From the NCBI GenBank assembly GCA_012026655.1, contig JAAILG010000643.1:1-64000 (forward strand): a stretch of 64,000 nt of DNA, in the 5' to 3' direction. The number at the start of each line of letters is the position of its first letter. The first letter of the stretch is position 1. Of this stretch, positions 38,509 to 51,700 are shown one piece after another. The notes below the pieces were generated by a model. The model did not search any database, was not told where the DNA came from, and saw nothing but the letters and a program-made list of their open reading frames with translations. This DNA comes from Hydrolagus affinis. Its lineage: Eukaryota. The position numbers and the translations under genes were made by a program.

Positions 38509-39677
38509 GTAAGTTTCAAGGTTTTCGCTACTTTGCCTTGGAGTCTTCCCTTGCCCTTCGGCGAAGAGATTTTGTGCTACAGAACTCTAGTCCTGTGAAT
38601 TCTAGAGATGCAAAAGGTTTATGTATGTGTCAGACTCTAGGCTGATCAAAAAGTATAATTATGCCATTGAAAGAGGAGCATTTTGTTAATATTGAAGACC
38701 TTTGAAATCTGGCTACTTAAAATCCTCAATATAATATGTGGAGGCAGAAAAGAGGTTTGCTGCTGAAAAAGATAGCATATTAAAACTATGACATATACAA
38801 ATGCTTATGGAAATCTATTGACAAAACATAAGAACTGTTTGAAATTCATACTGTTAAGCTCTGAAGGGGTTTATGATGAGTTGTTATGCATTTTCAACAG
38901 TTGAATAATCAGATTGATATTCATGGTGCCTCTAGCTTTTCCATATCCGCTTTTCAATTGCACAATTCTCCCAATTTAAAGTGGAAGAATTATCTAATAG
39001 TTTCAAGTTCAGCAAACAAAAGAGCCCGTTGGAGATATTTCCATGGAAGTTTATTTTTGCCAAGTTTTTAAAAGTATGTGAATTTTGTCCAAAAAATGAT
39101 AACTTCAAATATGAAATGCTACACTCTCTGGAGACTCAGTTAACAGGGTTTACCAAATACTGTAGTATGAGATAAAATTGGCCTCAATCAGCACTTTTTA
39201 AAAAAGATAGTTTTGAAGGTAAATTGAACCAGTCTCCAAGCAACTGCTGGAGTTTAGGATGGTAGTTTATGGTCCCTGTATTCCCTTCCCCGTTACGTAT
39301 GTATTCATGTGTCCACTGATGCAATTACTATCTGTAATATTGGTTTAGAATCACGAGACGGACTTCAATCAATACTTGAATCCAGTTGCTGGTGAAGATG
39401 GCTGATTAAGATTTTCAATTTGCCACTGACTTTTTTTTAACATATACTTTCTTAAACAGTCAATTATAAAAAGGGAGTTGCACAGACATTCTATCTTCTG
39501 AATATAACATTAGCATAGAAATCAAGTTTAAAGTCTTGTTTTAAATATATAAATGGCATTTTCTTTTTTATATATCTATATGCAGATGCTTAAAGTTGGC
39601 TCAATTGACCTGCAAAAGAAAGCACCGGTGATCAAACACTCTCCACTTTACTTATTATCTGCTGCATACTAAGTACA

Positions 39678-39744
39678 ATGAAGGCAATACTCCTCCTTTG
39701 CAATGTTGGCTGGTTACTGACAGAAGCATTTGCTCAATTTGGAG
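39678..39744 (+). CDS. CEMIP: CEMIP first coding exon (signal peptide); exon acceptor at 39585
   Basis: acaATG; [22 protein letters not shown] with an AFA cleavage motif; phase-1 donor GAG|gtaaa matches the next exon. Confidence 0.8.
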
Positions 39745-42700
39745 GTAAATATGAAAATTAAACTACTTGAAAATAAATTGTGGGATTCATATACAAATAC
39801 AATGTGCAAAAAAATGCTATAACTTGGCTTTGTTTGAAGAGCTCTCACCAATTTTTGCAGAATTGAGCATTTATTTCCTCACAAACTCCTTAGTCCCATT
39901 CTCTCGAGTGCAAAATACCTGACTTCCATTGACATGGGATTGTGACTGATTTCAAATTTAGTTAACCTGCTTACAACTACACAGTCACTACATTTCACTG
40001 TAAACTCCTATGAAAAGTTTCGAGTTTTCTCAACGACATACGGCACTATATCAAATGCAAGGAATATTATTGTTCTAATCTCTATCAGTGACATACAAGG
40101 TTGCTTGTCCACCCGGAGATCAGTGCTTGGTACAAGGTGGGTAAAGGATAGAGAGAATGCTTTTGTTTAAAAGTTAGTGTGAACCAAAAATGTAAATATA
40201 TAAACAGAATTTTTCCACCAAAGTCAGACTACTGATTTCTACATTGATTTCCATATAATTAAACTTGATCGACTCCAAAATGGAACTTAATGCTTGTCTA
40301 AGTTTACTCCAGCACACCCAGTTGTGGAATACGACAAGTAGCTTCACTGGAGAAAATTGGGAATAGGATGGAAGGGAAAAAAATCTGTTGCATAAATTGT
40401 GTGGTTTCTTAATAGTTTTACAACAACTGTCTGCCTTGTTTAGCCCATGAAAGGTTGGCAAAACTTTCCTCTTGTATCGTTAATTAATTCTCCCCACTTT
40501 ACGCTTGCTCATTCAATAGTGATGAAGAATGGAGACACTTGATATTAATGTCTCCACCACAAACTGCTTAATTAAGTAACCATGGTTCAGCCATCAAGCC
40601 TGTGACTATCCTAAGTTTCACTCTGGGCTTTAACTCTATTACTGGCTCATTGAGGAGGCTGGCTGTTTTCCCATGTAGTTTTTCCAATTCAAATTTCCAT
40701 GTGATTGCCTCAACAATTAACATTGTGATTTAATTTGAGGTTTGTGTAAATCACAAGTAAACGCATGAAATTAAAAAACAATGGAAAATTACAGAGGCTC
40801 TTGTGATCCTTTTTGATGCTTGTAAATTACCAAACTGAGGGCAGTTCCCTTCTTTTCGCCGTTAAGGGAATTTTACAATTAAATATAATTTGTAAAATAA
40901 TTCATGCTAGTATCATGTTGTAGTTTACCCCAGAACATATACAGTCAATTCACTTTATAGTATATTCTTTAAAGCACTTTTAGACATTTCCAAGCCTTAA
41001 AGATAAGGCTCTATATCAAATGCAAGGATTATTATAATGATTTTTATCCCAAAACATCTTATTCCGTGTTTTTTTTCAAATGCTGTAATATGAAATGCTG
41101 ATGATTTTCATGTTCTAATAAAAAAAATTAAGGTTTCTCTGTTGTAACCTTGCATGTTTTCTATCACACAAGCTTGTCCAGATCAGGATCCTGACCTCCG
41201 CCATTGGAATCCTGGCCACGATAAGGAACACCATGTTAAAATTGGTCAGGATCGGAAGCTGCTCCTTGTATCTTCAGCCACAGTTCATTCTATTCATATT
41301 TTTGATGGAGGTATTTTATTTTCCAAGTTCATTATTTTTCTTAAACAAGCTAACTGCCCCCAAAGTGTACAGTAAATTCACTGTACAGCGTATTCTGTGA
41401 AACACTTTGTACGTCTCAAAGTTGTGATGAGGTGCTATATGAAATGCAAGGATTATTATTATTGCACATTTAAGGCCTCGCTTTTAAATTTGTCCTAGCC
41501 ATTTCTTTTTCTGAAATAGACTAGGTGTTAGTGTAACAATAGCACACATCACATTTTTGAGTGACAGTTTATTGAAATAAACCTTTGTGCAACCAAATGG
41601 GCATTGGAGAGTAGGGCAAAAGTATAATGTACAATTCTGTACCTTTGGCAGATTAGATGTTCTGTACTTATTCATTGTTCCCTTTTGCAGGCAGACTTGT
41701 CATTTCAGACAGCGGAAAACAACCTATTGTGCTACGCACACGAAACATTCTGATTGAAGTTGGTGGGGAGCTGCATATTGGCAGTGAAGTTTGCCCATTT
41801 CAAAGTAACTTCACCATTATTTTATACGGAAGGTAAATACAGAAAAAAATATTTTTTGGGGGAGGAAAGAAAGTCTAAAGTCACAGATGTTAATAGAGCA
41901 CCATCTAACTACAGTTTTACTTCTGATCTTTCATTCGTAGATCTGATGAGAAAACCGAAACGCTGCACAGCTACTTTGGCTTGAAATACATTGGTGTTAG
42001 TCGAGGTGGAACACTTGAAATTCACGGAACTCACAAACTGTCCTGGACATTCCTGAACAAAACTCTTCACCCTGGTGGTATGCGTGAGGGTGGCTACTAC
42101 TTTGAAAAGAGTTGGGGTCATCGTGGCATCATCGTCCATGTCATTAATAATATTGGAGAGGTGGTCCATTCCGACAAGTGAGTTTGAAGCCTGCCTTTTG
42201 AGTCTAGTTTAATTTGGCTTAGTTCAGGTTAGCACAAAACCATGTACGTTTTCTCAGTTGTATTGTGGAACAGAATATGTGTGTTTATTGTGGTAGCTAC
42301 ACCAGTTTGCAGAGCTTATGTCCTCCCATCATTTATCTAAATTTTTCATGGGCTGCTCATTGTACAAGTTGCTTGTTTCTTGTTGCGGTTGAATCCTGTT
42401 TGTTCTGGCTATTATTGCTAAAAAGGTTCTTTTTTTTAACATAAAGGTTTGATACTTATAAAAGCAAAGATGAGAGTAAACGTCTCGCTGACTACTTGAA
42501 TGGCGTTGAAGAAGGCATGATATTATCAGTCGCTGTGAATGATGAGGGATCAGCCAAGTTGGAGGACTTTGCCAAGACTGTTCTGATGAAGCTGGGCAGT
42601 AAGCATTTCAGACAGCTAGGATTCAGGTACGCAGTTGTTGCAGGTGTGTTTCCCTAGCAGGGCGAAACCTTAGGCTAGTTTCCTTAATCCACATAATTCT

Positions 42701-45700
42701 GTTTACCTGCAGCAAGTAACAGCCAGGTTGTTAGTCAATTGGCGGATTGCTTTTCAGGGGGTAATAACACCTTTTGATTGTGCTTTGTCAAATGCATGGA
42801 TCAATTTGGCTGCCGTGTTTCGCCCACAAATATACAGTCAATCTTCCTACTCTCCTTCCCCACCCACCCCCCCCCCTCCCCACCCCACTCTGGTCCCTAC
42901 CTTTTTTTCCCCCTTCCCTCTTTTCTTTTCCCTACTCTGAGAAGTAGTAGGGAGAAGACATGTGTGTTCTTGTTCATAACTACCTTGGAACGTTGCTATA
43001 TTCTGCGAAGCGCTTTGAGACGTCAATAAGATGTGGAAAGTGCTATATAAATGTAAGGATTATTATTCTTATTATTACAGGAGATGGATGTTTTGTATCC
43101 CATGAATTGCCGTAGGGTTGTTAGCTCTCTGGATTTCACATTCCGTAAGAAAGAATTTGGACAGCAACAGAAGGAAAATATTGAGTGGGATAGGTAGATT
43201 ATTCTGGGAGTGAACTTGGATAGATCTCTGGGTTCTCTTCAGATTTTTGCTTTCGTTGTATCTTTTAGGGAACCAGTTCATTTGGCAACACTAAAACTTC
43301 TTCATACTGCCAGAAATATCATTTTGCGATCCAGTAACATGACATGGAGCATTATTTGCTAGTTCTGTGCCAATCAGACAATAACAGACTTCCTTTTGAA
43401 CCTTATCTAGACATGTTTAATCACCAATAAGCTTGTAATTATTAGTCCCACTTCCTGTATAAAGCCACATTTGGACTAAGCAACATCACCTCAGGACTAA
43501 ATTCTATTAAATGAATATAGATAACTTAATTGCAATTGCATTCTCATCTATTGAGCTGAGTAGGAACAGGACAAAGCAGGACTACAGTGGAAGTAAAACT
43601 TTCTACTGGTTATACACTCAATTAGAATCTACCAAACCACACATGAAGAGATTCAGACTGAATAATATGTTTACCTCTTCTGGTACTCTTTAAGTAATTC
43701 TGATCGTGTTCGTTTCTTCCACTTTGTGGTTTTGCTTCCCAGATAATGCTCTAGAGGTCCTCTTGAAGCTCTAATATTTGCATCTCTAAAGGAAAACTCA
43801 CGTTTTTAGCAAATGCTTTGTAGTGGTAAAAATTTAAATTATTCATAAGAGAAGCTATAGCTACACAAAAAAACACATCAAACTTTTATTTCTTCATGGA
43901 TTGGGATTCTGATATTAATAACAATTTGGAGTCCTGTTTACTTCCAGGATTGTGAGGATTGTGTAGCGTTTGAATATATTCTAAAGTTGTAAGAGCTAGT
44001 GTATTTTCACACTGTTGAATTTTTGACTAATTGGGAACATTCAACATTGCTCTAAGTTTGGAAGTTGTTTAAACATATAGGAACAGATGGCTGTCAGATG
44101 GTGTCCAAAATTAAAAATATTTGGTGAAACAACACCGTATTATCATGTAATTGAAATTAAATCCATCAATTTAAGGGTTCAGGAGCTTAACATTTTTAAA
44201 ATCAAAATCAGATGTTATGACCTTTGAACCTGCTATGATTCTTTAAAAAGTATAAACATTTGCAATTTCATTATTTTAATGATAACTAGTGAAATGGTTT
44301 GTGTTCAGCACCAGTTATGTTACTTCTGTGGCTCAGTTATGCTAGATCCACTGCATTGAAGGAATGCATGTGACAGAATGATAAGTCATATTGCTGAGTA
44401 CAGAGTATTTGAAATCATCTCGTATTCCTTCTTGGTCTGTTCTCTTACTGCGCTGGATCATTCCCTTCTTTCGAGTACTTTACCACTCTTCCCAACTTTT
44501 CTTTTGAGGTCTTTGATATATTGATTGATCTCCAAAATCTCTAGGTTTCTAAATCTCTCAACAAGTCCATGTTGGTGTTTTATACTCCACATGAACCCCT
44601 CTTAGTCTTTTCGCTCTTTTTGCTTTGCTTTTTGCTTTGACCACAGCTTTGAGCAGTGATATTGTTTTAGCTATGGCAGTGGTGGATGGCATGTTGAAAA
44701 CCAAACGGGTCCTTTCAGGGGAAGAGATATTATATATGAGGAAATGTGTTACAAAGCTGTTTCGCAAATGAATGGTCTAATTTCACATCCAATTATTTTG
44801 CCTTGGGAATTTTATATACAAGTCGATAGTTGAGCACATGCCATGAAGAAACTAAAACAATATATATCTCCGCCATACAGGATGCACCCTTGAACCCTTG
44901 GGGAAATAAGGAAGGAAATTGATTCCCCTCTGGTTATTGTCATTTTCCTGCCAACAATTTGTCTTCCCTTCCTCTCTTAAAGACATTTGACTCCTTTGCT
45001 TTTTTTACTGGGGTGTGGTTCCAATAATTAGTCCAGCAATTTGGTTAAATACATTGCATTGAATACATGATGCACATGTATGGTGTATTACAAGGTTAAT
45101 CTGCACATCTTTCAACACCATCATTCATATTATGTCACTTGTCATACACCGTAACTTTGAGATTCCATATTATCAGTAATAATGGAACCCAACAATAAAG
45201 TATTTATACTGTATTATCCTTGGCACCTGGCTAAGCCCATTGAGGTAATGTTTATGTATTATTTTATACAGAACAGTGGTCCAATTTTTAAACTTGGAAT
45301 GTAAAGTTTTTCTTAAAGAAAAGTTTGCAATCCATCTGCATTTATACTTTAAAATCTAGATTATCTATTCAAAATCAAAGGCGGGACTTTTGGAAACGTT
45401 CCCAAAATCCTTCCACCTTGCATGCATCTCCCTCTCTCTCCTTTAAAATTCCTTCCAAGACCCCCACCTTGTTGCCTGTGCCTTTGGTTACCTCCCTCTT
45501 ACACTCCAGCTCCATTCTACTCAAGCTTCTATTATGTCTCTATGACATGCTTCTCTTATTTGAAATAGTGTGTGCAATGGTGTTGTTGATTTCCATAGGA
45601 TAATTTTGAAAAGGTTCAATAAACTTAGATTAATGTAGAATATGAGGACATTTTATTTTTAGGATAGTTGGCTGTTTATCTCATATCTCATTCTTCTAAT

Positions 45701-48700
45701 AATCTGCTGGTTATATACGAGATCCAGAGAGATTTCAAAGAACATCGTTGCTAGCTTGATTACTGCGTTGGTATTTTCACTAACCTAAAGATTAATTATT
45801 ATTCCATAATTGACTGCGCTGTTTGGGTTATCCTTTATATTTCAAATTGTATGGCTGCATTTCTATTATAAAACAATATTTGACAGCTTCTTCTGCTATT
45901 AAAGTTCTTCATTTTCTTTAATTTTGTAATTATTTTTTTCTCGGCTTCAATGAAGACCTTAATAGAGTAATTAGAATGCTTTTCCGTTTCCTTTTTGAAG
46001 GCATCCTTGGAGCTTCATCACAATAAAGGGACATCCCGAAACTTCTGTGGAGGATCACATTATCTATCAAGGTAACACCATCCCCAATTTGGCGTAACTA
46101 ACTTGTTGCATTGTTTATTTAAAATGATAAAAAAAATGAGATTATGGATGCACACACAGTTTGTACAAATCTGACATTAATCTCTTTGCCAGTCATTGCT
46201 TATGCATCCAGGGATATGCTCAGCAAACACTGGCCTGCTTCATGTCCCCCGCTCTAACATTTCCGACCTCGATGGATGGGTTTTCAGCTATATTAACCCT
46301 GCTTTCTGTAACTCCATCCCCAGTCCAACTGACTCGCTCATTCCCTTTCAAGGCCCATTTCAAAACATACCTTGTTTTTAGTACTCTATCCACTTCCACC
46401 CTCAGATCAGGAGCCCAACCAACATTGTCAAGTGAGGGAGTTTCTGACAACAACATGATTTTGTTTTAAGCATTCATTGGAAAAATAATGCGATTGAAAG
46501 TCTTGCTTTACCTTTTGAAAGACCACAAGTGTAAATTTGAGCCAATTTTAGATTTTTTTTTGTTCACGGATGATGAAACAGGTACCGAAGCATCAGCTGT
46601 GGCGAAAGTGTTTAAACTTTTCCAGTCGCCTTACGGAGATCACTTCACTGTTGCCTCAACCAGCGAGTGGGTGCAAGGTAAGATCTAAATTTTTGCCAAG
46701 GCAATTTTTTTTCATGGCTGTTCAAGCATGTGGTTAATAGTCTTCATACCCCTATTAGAAATTCCTTGGTATTTTGCAGAATGTTAACCATTCCGAGTAT
46801 TTTTTGTTTAAAGAAACATATATTATGTTTGAAATTATGTACTGTGTGTGTATATATATGTATATATATATATATATATATCCTATTAGAATTATTCTGA
46901 ACATTAAGTGAAATTTTACTGTTGGCTAGATTATTTTCTAACACTTTAATTTATTTTCAATTTAATTGCAGACGTGGAGTGGACTGAGTGGTTCGATAGG
47001 GATGATGAGAGAGGGTCAGGAGATTGGGAAAAATTGTCAGATCTTAGAGCAGCTTTTCCTGGAAAAATCTGTGCCAGTCCAGTTGACATACAGGTAAACA
47101 TTACATTCTTTGGTTTGACACCTGAATACATATAAAAAGTATAACAATATAAAACAACAGGAGAAAAAAATGAAAAGGAGGAACTTGCACAGCTCAGGAA
47201 AAAACTGCCTATTTTTGCATTCAAATGTCTCCAATATTAAGTTTCACATATAAAGTGGAACAATTTGGATGTGTTGTAATTAAGTGAAAGAAAAACACTC
47301 ATTCAATGTAATTATAACTTTGATCCATAATATTCCAACTTCCCTCCAATTTTAGGCATCGACTGTTAATGAAATCCCAGCCAACTTCACAACCCAGGTA
47401 TTCCATAAACATGATCGAGAGTATGGGTTTGTTTGCCGTAATCAGGACCAGGTTGATGGAATCTGCCACAACTACAAAGTCCGCTTCCTTTGTGGTACAC
47501 CAGGTTTGTAACAACCAAAGACACACACAGTTGTACAGATAAGTTTGACGATTGATGCCTGAAAGCGAAATCAATCTGAAACAACATTGACTGTTGATGG
47601 AATCCCAACCAATTTGACAACCGAGGTATTTCATAAACATGATCACTGTTCCAAGCTAAAACAGAAAGTGGAGATCCATGTGATTTTGGCTCGACAGTAC
47701 ATATTAAATCATTGTCAATCCTTTAAAAATTGTAACTTTTCTTCAACATTTCAAACTGAAGTTTGGTGCATCCAATGACTATTGTCTGCAGCCATCATTA
47801 TTATACCATCCAGATACCTGCAATTCAGATCAACAATGCTCATTCAAGCACTAGAATACCCTTCAGTCAAATTGCTTTCAATTTGCTAGTGATTGACTGC
47901 ATTTTGCACTATTACCCTTTGATAATTGAAGAACTTGTAAAATAATTACAAACTTTAAATTGCATGCTCACCTTTAAGGTTCTCTGGGAAACAAAATCTA
48001 GTAATGGTATAATTATGTCGTAGGATCACTGAGAAAATAGCATTTATTTTAATGCTACTCTCACTGCCCGCTGATACCTCTTTTATCTATTGTACTCGGT
48101 GCACTTGCACATAATTGTGAATGTCAAATACAAACCATTAAATATGAAGATTAGACAAGCCAGGTAGCAGAATAACTTGCATAATTTCCTTCCAACCTAT
48201 GTTCCCTGAGTTTCAAACCCAAGGAATTCCTCTCTTTGTTAATCCTTTGAGTTGTCTTAACTCAGTACCTTATGAACACAGGACAACACTATGAAACATC
48301 CCATAATTTTGCACCAATTTGGAAATCTTATATAGATCGGCAACAAGAATCCTGATGAGGAAAATGTAATAGGTTCACATTATAGATGTGTCTGGCCTGC
48401 TTTACCCCCATACTTCAAGCTTTGAATATTTTTTATCTTCCCTCTCGAAACCCACAATATCATCCGTAATACAAAATGATCACGCTGGTTAATGAATTAA
48501 ATACCGTTCCCACAGGTTTAGTGAGCGATAAAAAAAAAACTGTTGATATCTGGGAAATTACTTTCTTCTTACAGTTTATGATGTAATTAAAACAACATGA
48601 TTGAACTCAATGGTTTATGGGGTCTTTAGTGCGAAGGAGGTATTTGCAAAAAACATCTTGTTGACTGCACAGTATGCATGTTAACCTTAAAAAAAAATAA

Positions 48701-51700
48701 TGATTTCCAGGTCTTTCGATGTTGTTGTTAAGGAATTGTTTTTAAGGAATTGTTATAAAAGAGAACGTGCTTTGGCTAAATGTAGTTCAACCATTCATTC
48801 CATATATACAGCAATATATATAGTTTTAAAAATCTAGGTTTATTCAATTCTATTATAAATGTATTGAGAATAAAATGCTTGTGCATATGGGTTTTCCGAA
48901 TCCAGCCATTTTGACGAATGTATTGAAAATAATTTGCATGGGATTATATATTCGGACATTTAGCTAAAACACTACCTGGCAGGCGTGTTTAATTATTTTA
49001 TTTCTGCTCTGCAGTGTGGCCCAAGGTGACCGTTACCATAGATACACATATTAATAGCAGTATTCTGGAGCTAGCAGACGATGCCAGGACGTGGAAGGCT
49101 GGCGATGTCATCCTTGTTTCGAGTACTGACTATTCCATGTACCAAACAGAAGAATTTCAGCTGTTGCCTTGCCCAGAATGCAGACCAAACCAGATCAAAA
49201 TCCGTGGTACGAACTCCAGTGTCCTTTACCTTTTTGCTTTTTCAAAATTATCTTGGTTGAAACAAAGTATTATTGATTGTTCAGTACAGGCATTCTTTTC
49301 CTTGGTGTGTGTAGTGGGGGGTGGGGGGTGGGAAGCTGACCACCTAACACATGTGGATACCTATCACTGGGTAAAAGTGTGCAAACTAGACTTACAGTAA
49401 ACGAAAATCTTCTATTATGTCTGGAATGGAATGCGTGTTCTTTCCCTGGCACCCTGTTACCTAATTCTCACAGTTGTGCGTTTGGGGGTGCTGCTGGACT
49501 TTAACCAGCTAAACCTGTGCAGCTTGCTATCGTGAGCACTGTCCGACAAGCTTCCCACTTCTTGTTAAGCTGGGAACACCTAGATACAGGCATGAAAAGA
49601 CGAGGAACAAAAACAAGAAGTTGCTGAGAAAACTCAGCAGGTCAGGCAGCATCCATGGAGAAAGGAAAGTGAGTCAACATTTCGGGTCCACGACCCTTCA
49701 TCAGAACAGAGAATGAAACGACAAGGACTGAGTGGTTGTGAGCCATTTATTCTGTCAATGCCATCTTGAGTAACATTACAAGATGAAAAGTCCGCTCACA
49801 TACATTGTATTAGGATGACATTGTTGGGGTGGGTTGGGAAAGAGAATTCTAAATGAGTTGTAACTTGTATTTTTATAATGGGGGAAGCACAGACTTAGAT
49901 TCCAGACTCGCGAATGTCAGCACCAGCAGCTGCCTCTCCACTGTCACTGTCACCCATTCAAGTCTCTTTGTGTGTAATTCCTCTCGTTTTTCCTTCTGTC
50001 CTTCCCTACAGTTATTTCCCATCTGGTACCCATTCTGTCTCCTTCAAAGACAATGAACAGCAACCATAATACACTCTTACCATGATCATTATAATCTTCT
50101 TGATGTAATGTGCTTTCTCACCATACATACTGTACTCCTTTTTATTGCGTTAGCATTTTGTGTTTTAGTCACTGTCTTCTTTCAGATGAAACCCAGCAAC
50201 TAGACTCGTTTAAGAAATAGCTGGTTGCTGTAATGGTAGGGTGAGTGTTCTGGAAGATGAGATCAAATGATCTGAAGGGCCATCAAAACCTTTCTTGTGA
50301 AATTCCTGCATAATTTCATGTACATTTCTCAGATATTTCAGCCTTTTAGGCCTGAGGCAAACAAATCCAGAAATGGACAAATATTGTTAAATACAAATAA
50401 ATATTTGACGCAACACAATCTCTGAATACTACCCAGCTGAATTTGAAGGAAAATCTAGCCCATTTTGTAGTTCAGATTAGAAACTGATTAGAAACCAATG
50501 GCGTTGATGTAAACCCTGCAAGTTTTTTTTTGAAAAAGAGGTCAATCGTAAATAATTCTCAGTTGACAGTTTTCATAATTATCACATGTTCTGTTACCAT
50601 TTCCTTCCATAGCCATAATTATTTTCCCAAAGGCTTCCTTTCAGTTGAGACATTATATCAAAAATAAGTTGCAGTTGTATAGTGTCCTTCAGGCAGGGTA
50701 ACATCTTGGAGCACTTGATCGTGGCGTAGTTCGTTGCCAAGCCAGGAGCAAGGGGACATGACTGTAGACAAGTTGAAGAGGAAAGTCTTCAGGTGTGCTG
50801 GGCAAAGCCAGAGGGAGTTCCAGGGGAAGTCTGGTTATAACAGTGACTGAACACACGACCTCCAAAGGTAGAGAGGTTGAGGGACATGGGGAAGGCCCAA
50901 GGGTTACAAGGGGTAGCAGGTCCCTGGGTAGTATATCTTGCATCTGAGAATTAGATAGCAGTAGTTGAACCTGCAACTAGAAGAGGTGTGAAGTGAGTGA
51001 CCTAACAAGCTGCAAGGCTTTTGAATTTGTTCTGCAGACATTGTTATTGCAATGGTTTTCTATTTCTGGTTAAAATGTAGAAATTCGGATTGCTAACATC
51101 TGGTGGGGGGTGGGGGGAAAACAATATAAAGATAATAATAATCCTTGCATTTGTTATAGCGCTTTTCACATCTTATCGATGTCCCAAAGCGCTTCACAGA
51201 ATATACTGTAAAGTGAATTGACTGTATGTATATTTGTGGGCAAATTGCGACAGCCAATTGCGCACAGCAGTGTCCCACAAGCAGTCGTGGATTGAAATGA
51301 CCAACTTTATTATTGTGGGTTTTTTGACGGATTATTTTTAGGCATGTGGAGTAAGGAAACTTGCCCAAGGTTTCGCCCTGACCTGCCTGGATTCGAACAC
51401 AGGTCTCCCCAGCTTGCAAGACAAGTGCTCTAACCACTAAGCCACAGGAGCTCCATAATAGCTGAAACTGGAAATCAGGAGAGGGCATGAAACAATTTCA
51501 CGTGCTTATAATTTTCTTCTATTTTTACTGAAGTTACTGGTGAACCCCCTGCTTTACATGACCCTGCTCCATTCCTCAAAGTAGAGTCAATTCATTTGCA
51601 AGACTGTCAAAACACTTATCTGTGTTCAGGATTTATAAATGTGGTTTAGTTCACCCGAAATATTGTCCTTTTGTTTTGGTCCACGTAGCATCGCTTTCCT

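Noticed and set aside
41942-41966. CTGATGA-GAAAAC-CGAAAC resembles a hammerhead core
   Set aside because: It lies in a coding exon (SDEKTET), has no stem II and no UH cleavage triplet; coincidental.
41170-46000. Three AAG (non-YAG) acceptors in CEMIP (41172, 42446, 46000)
   Set aside because: AAG acceptors are a normal minority class, and the reading frames are consistent.
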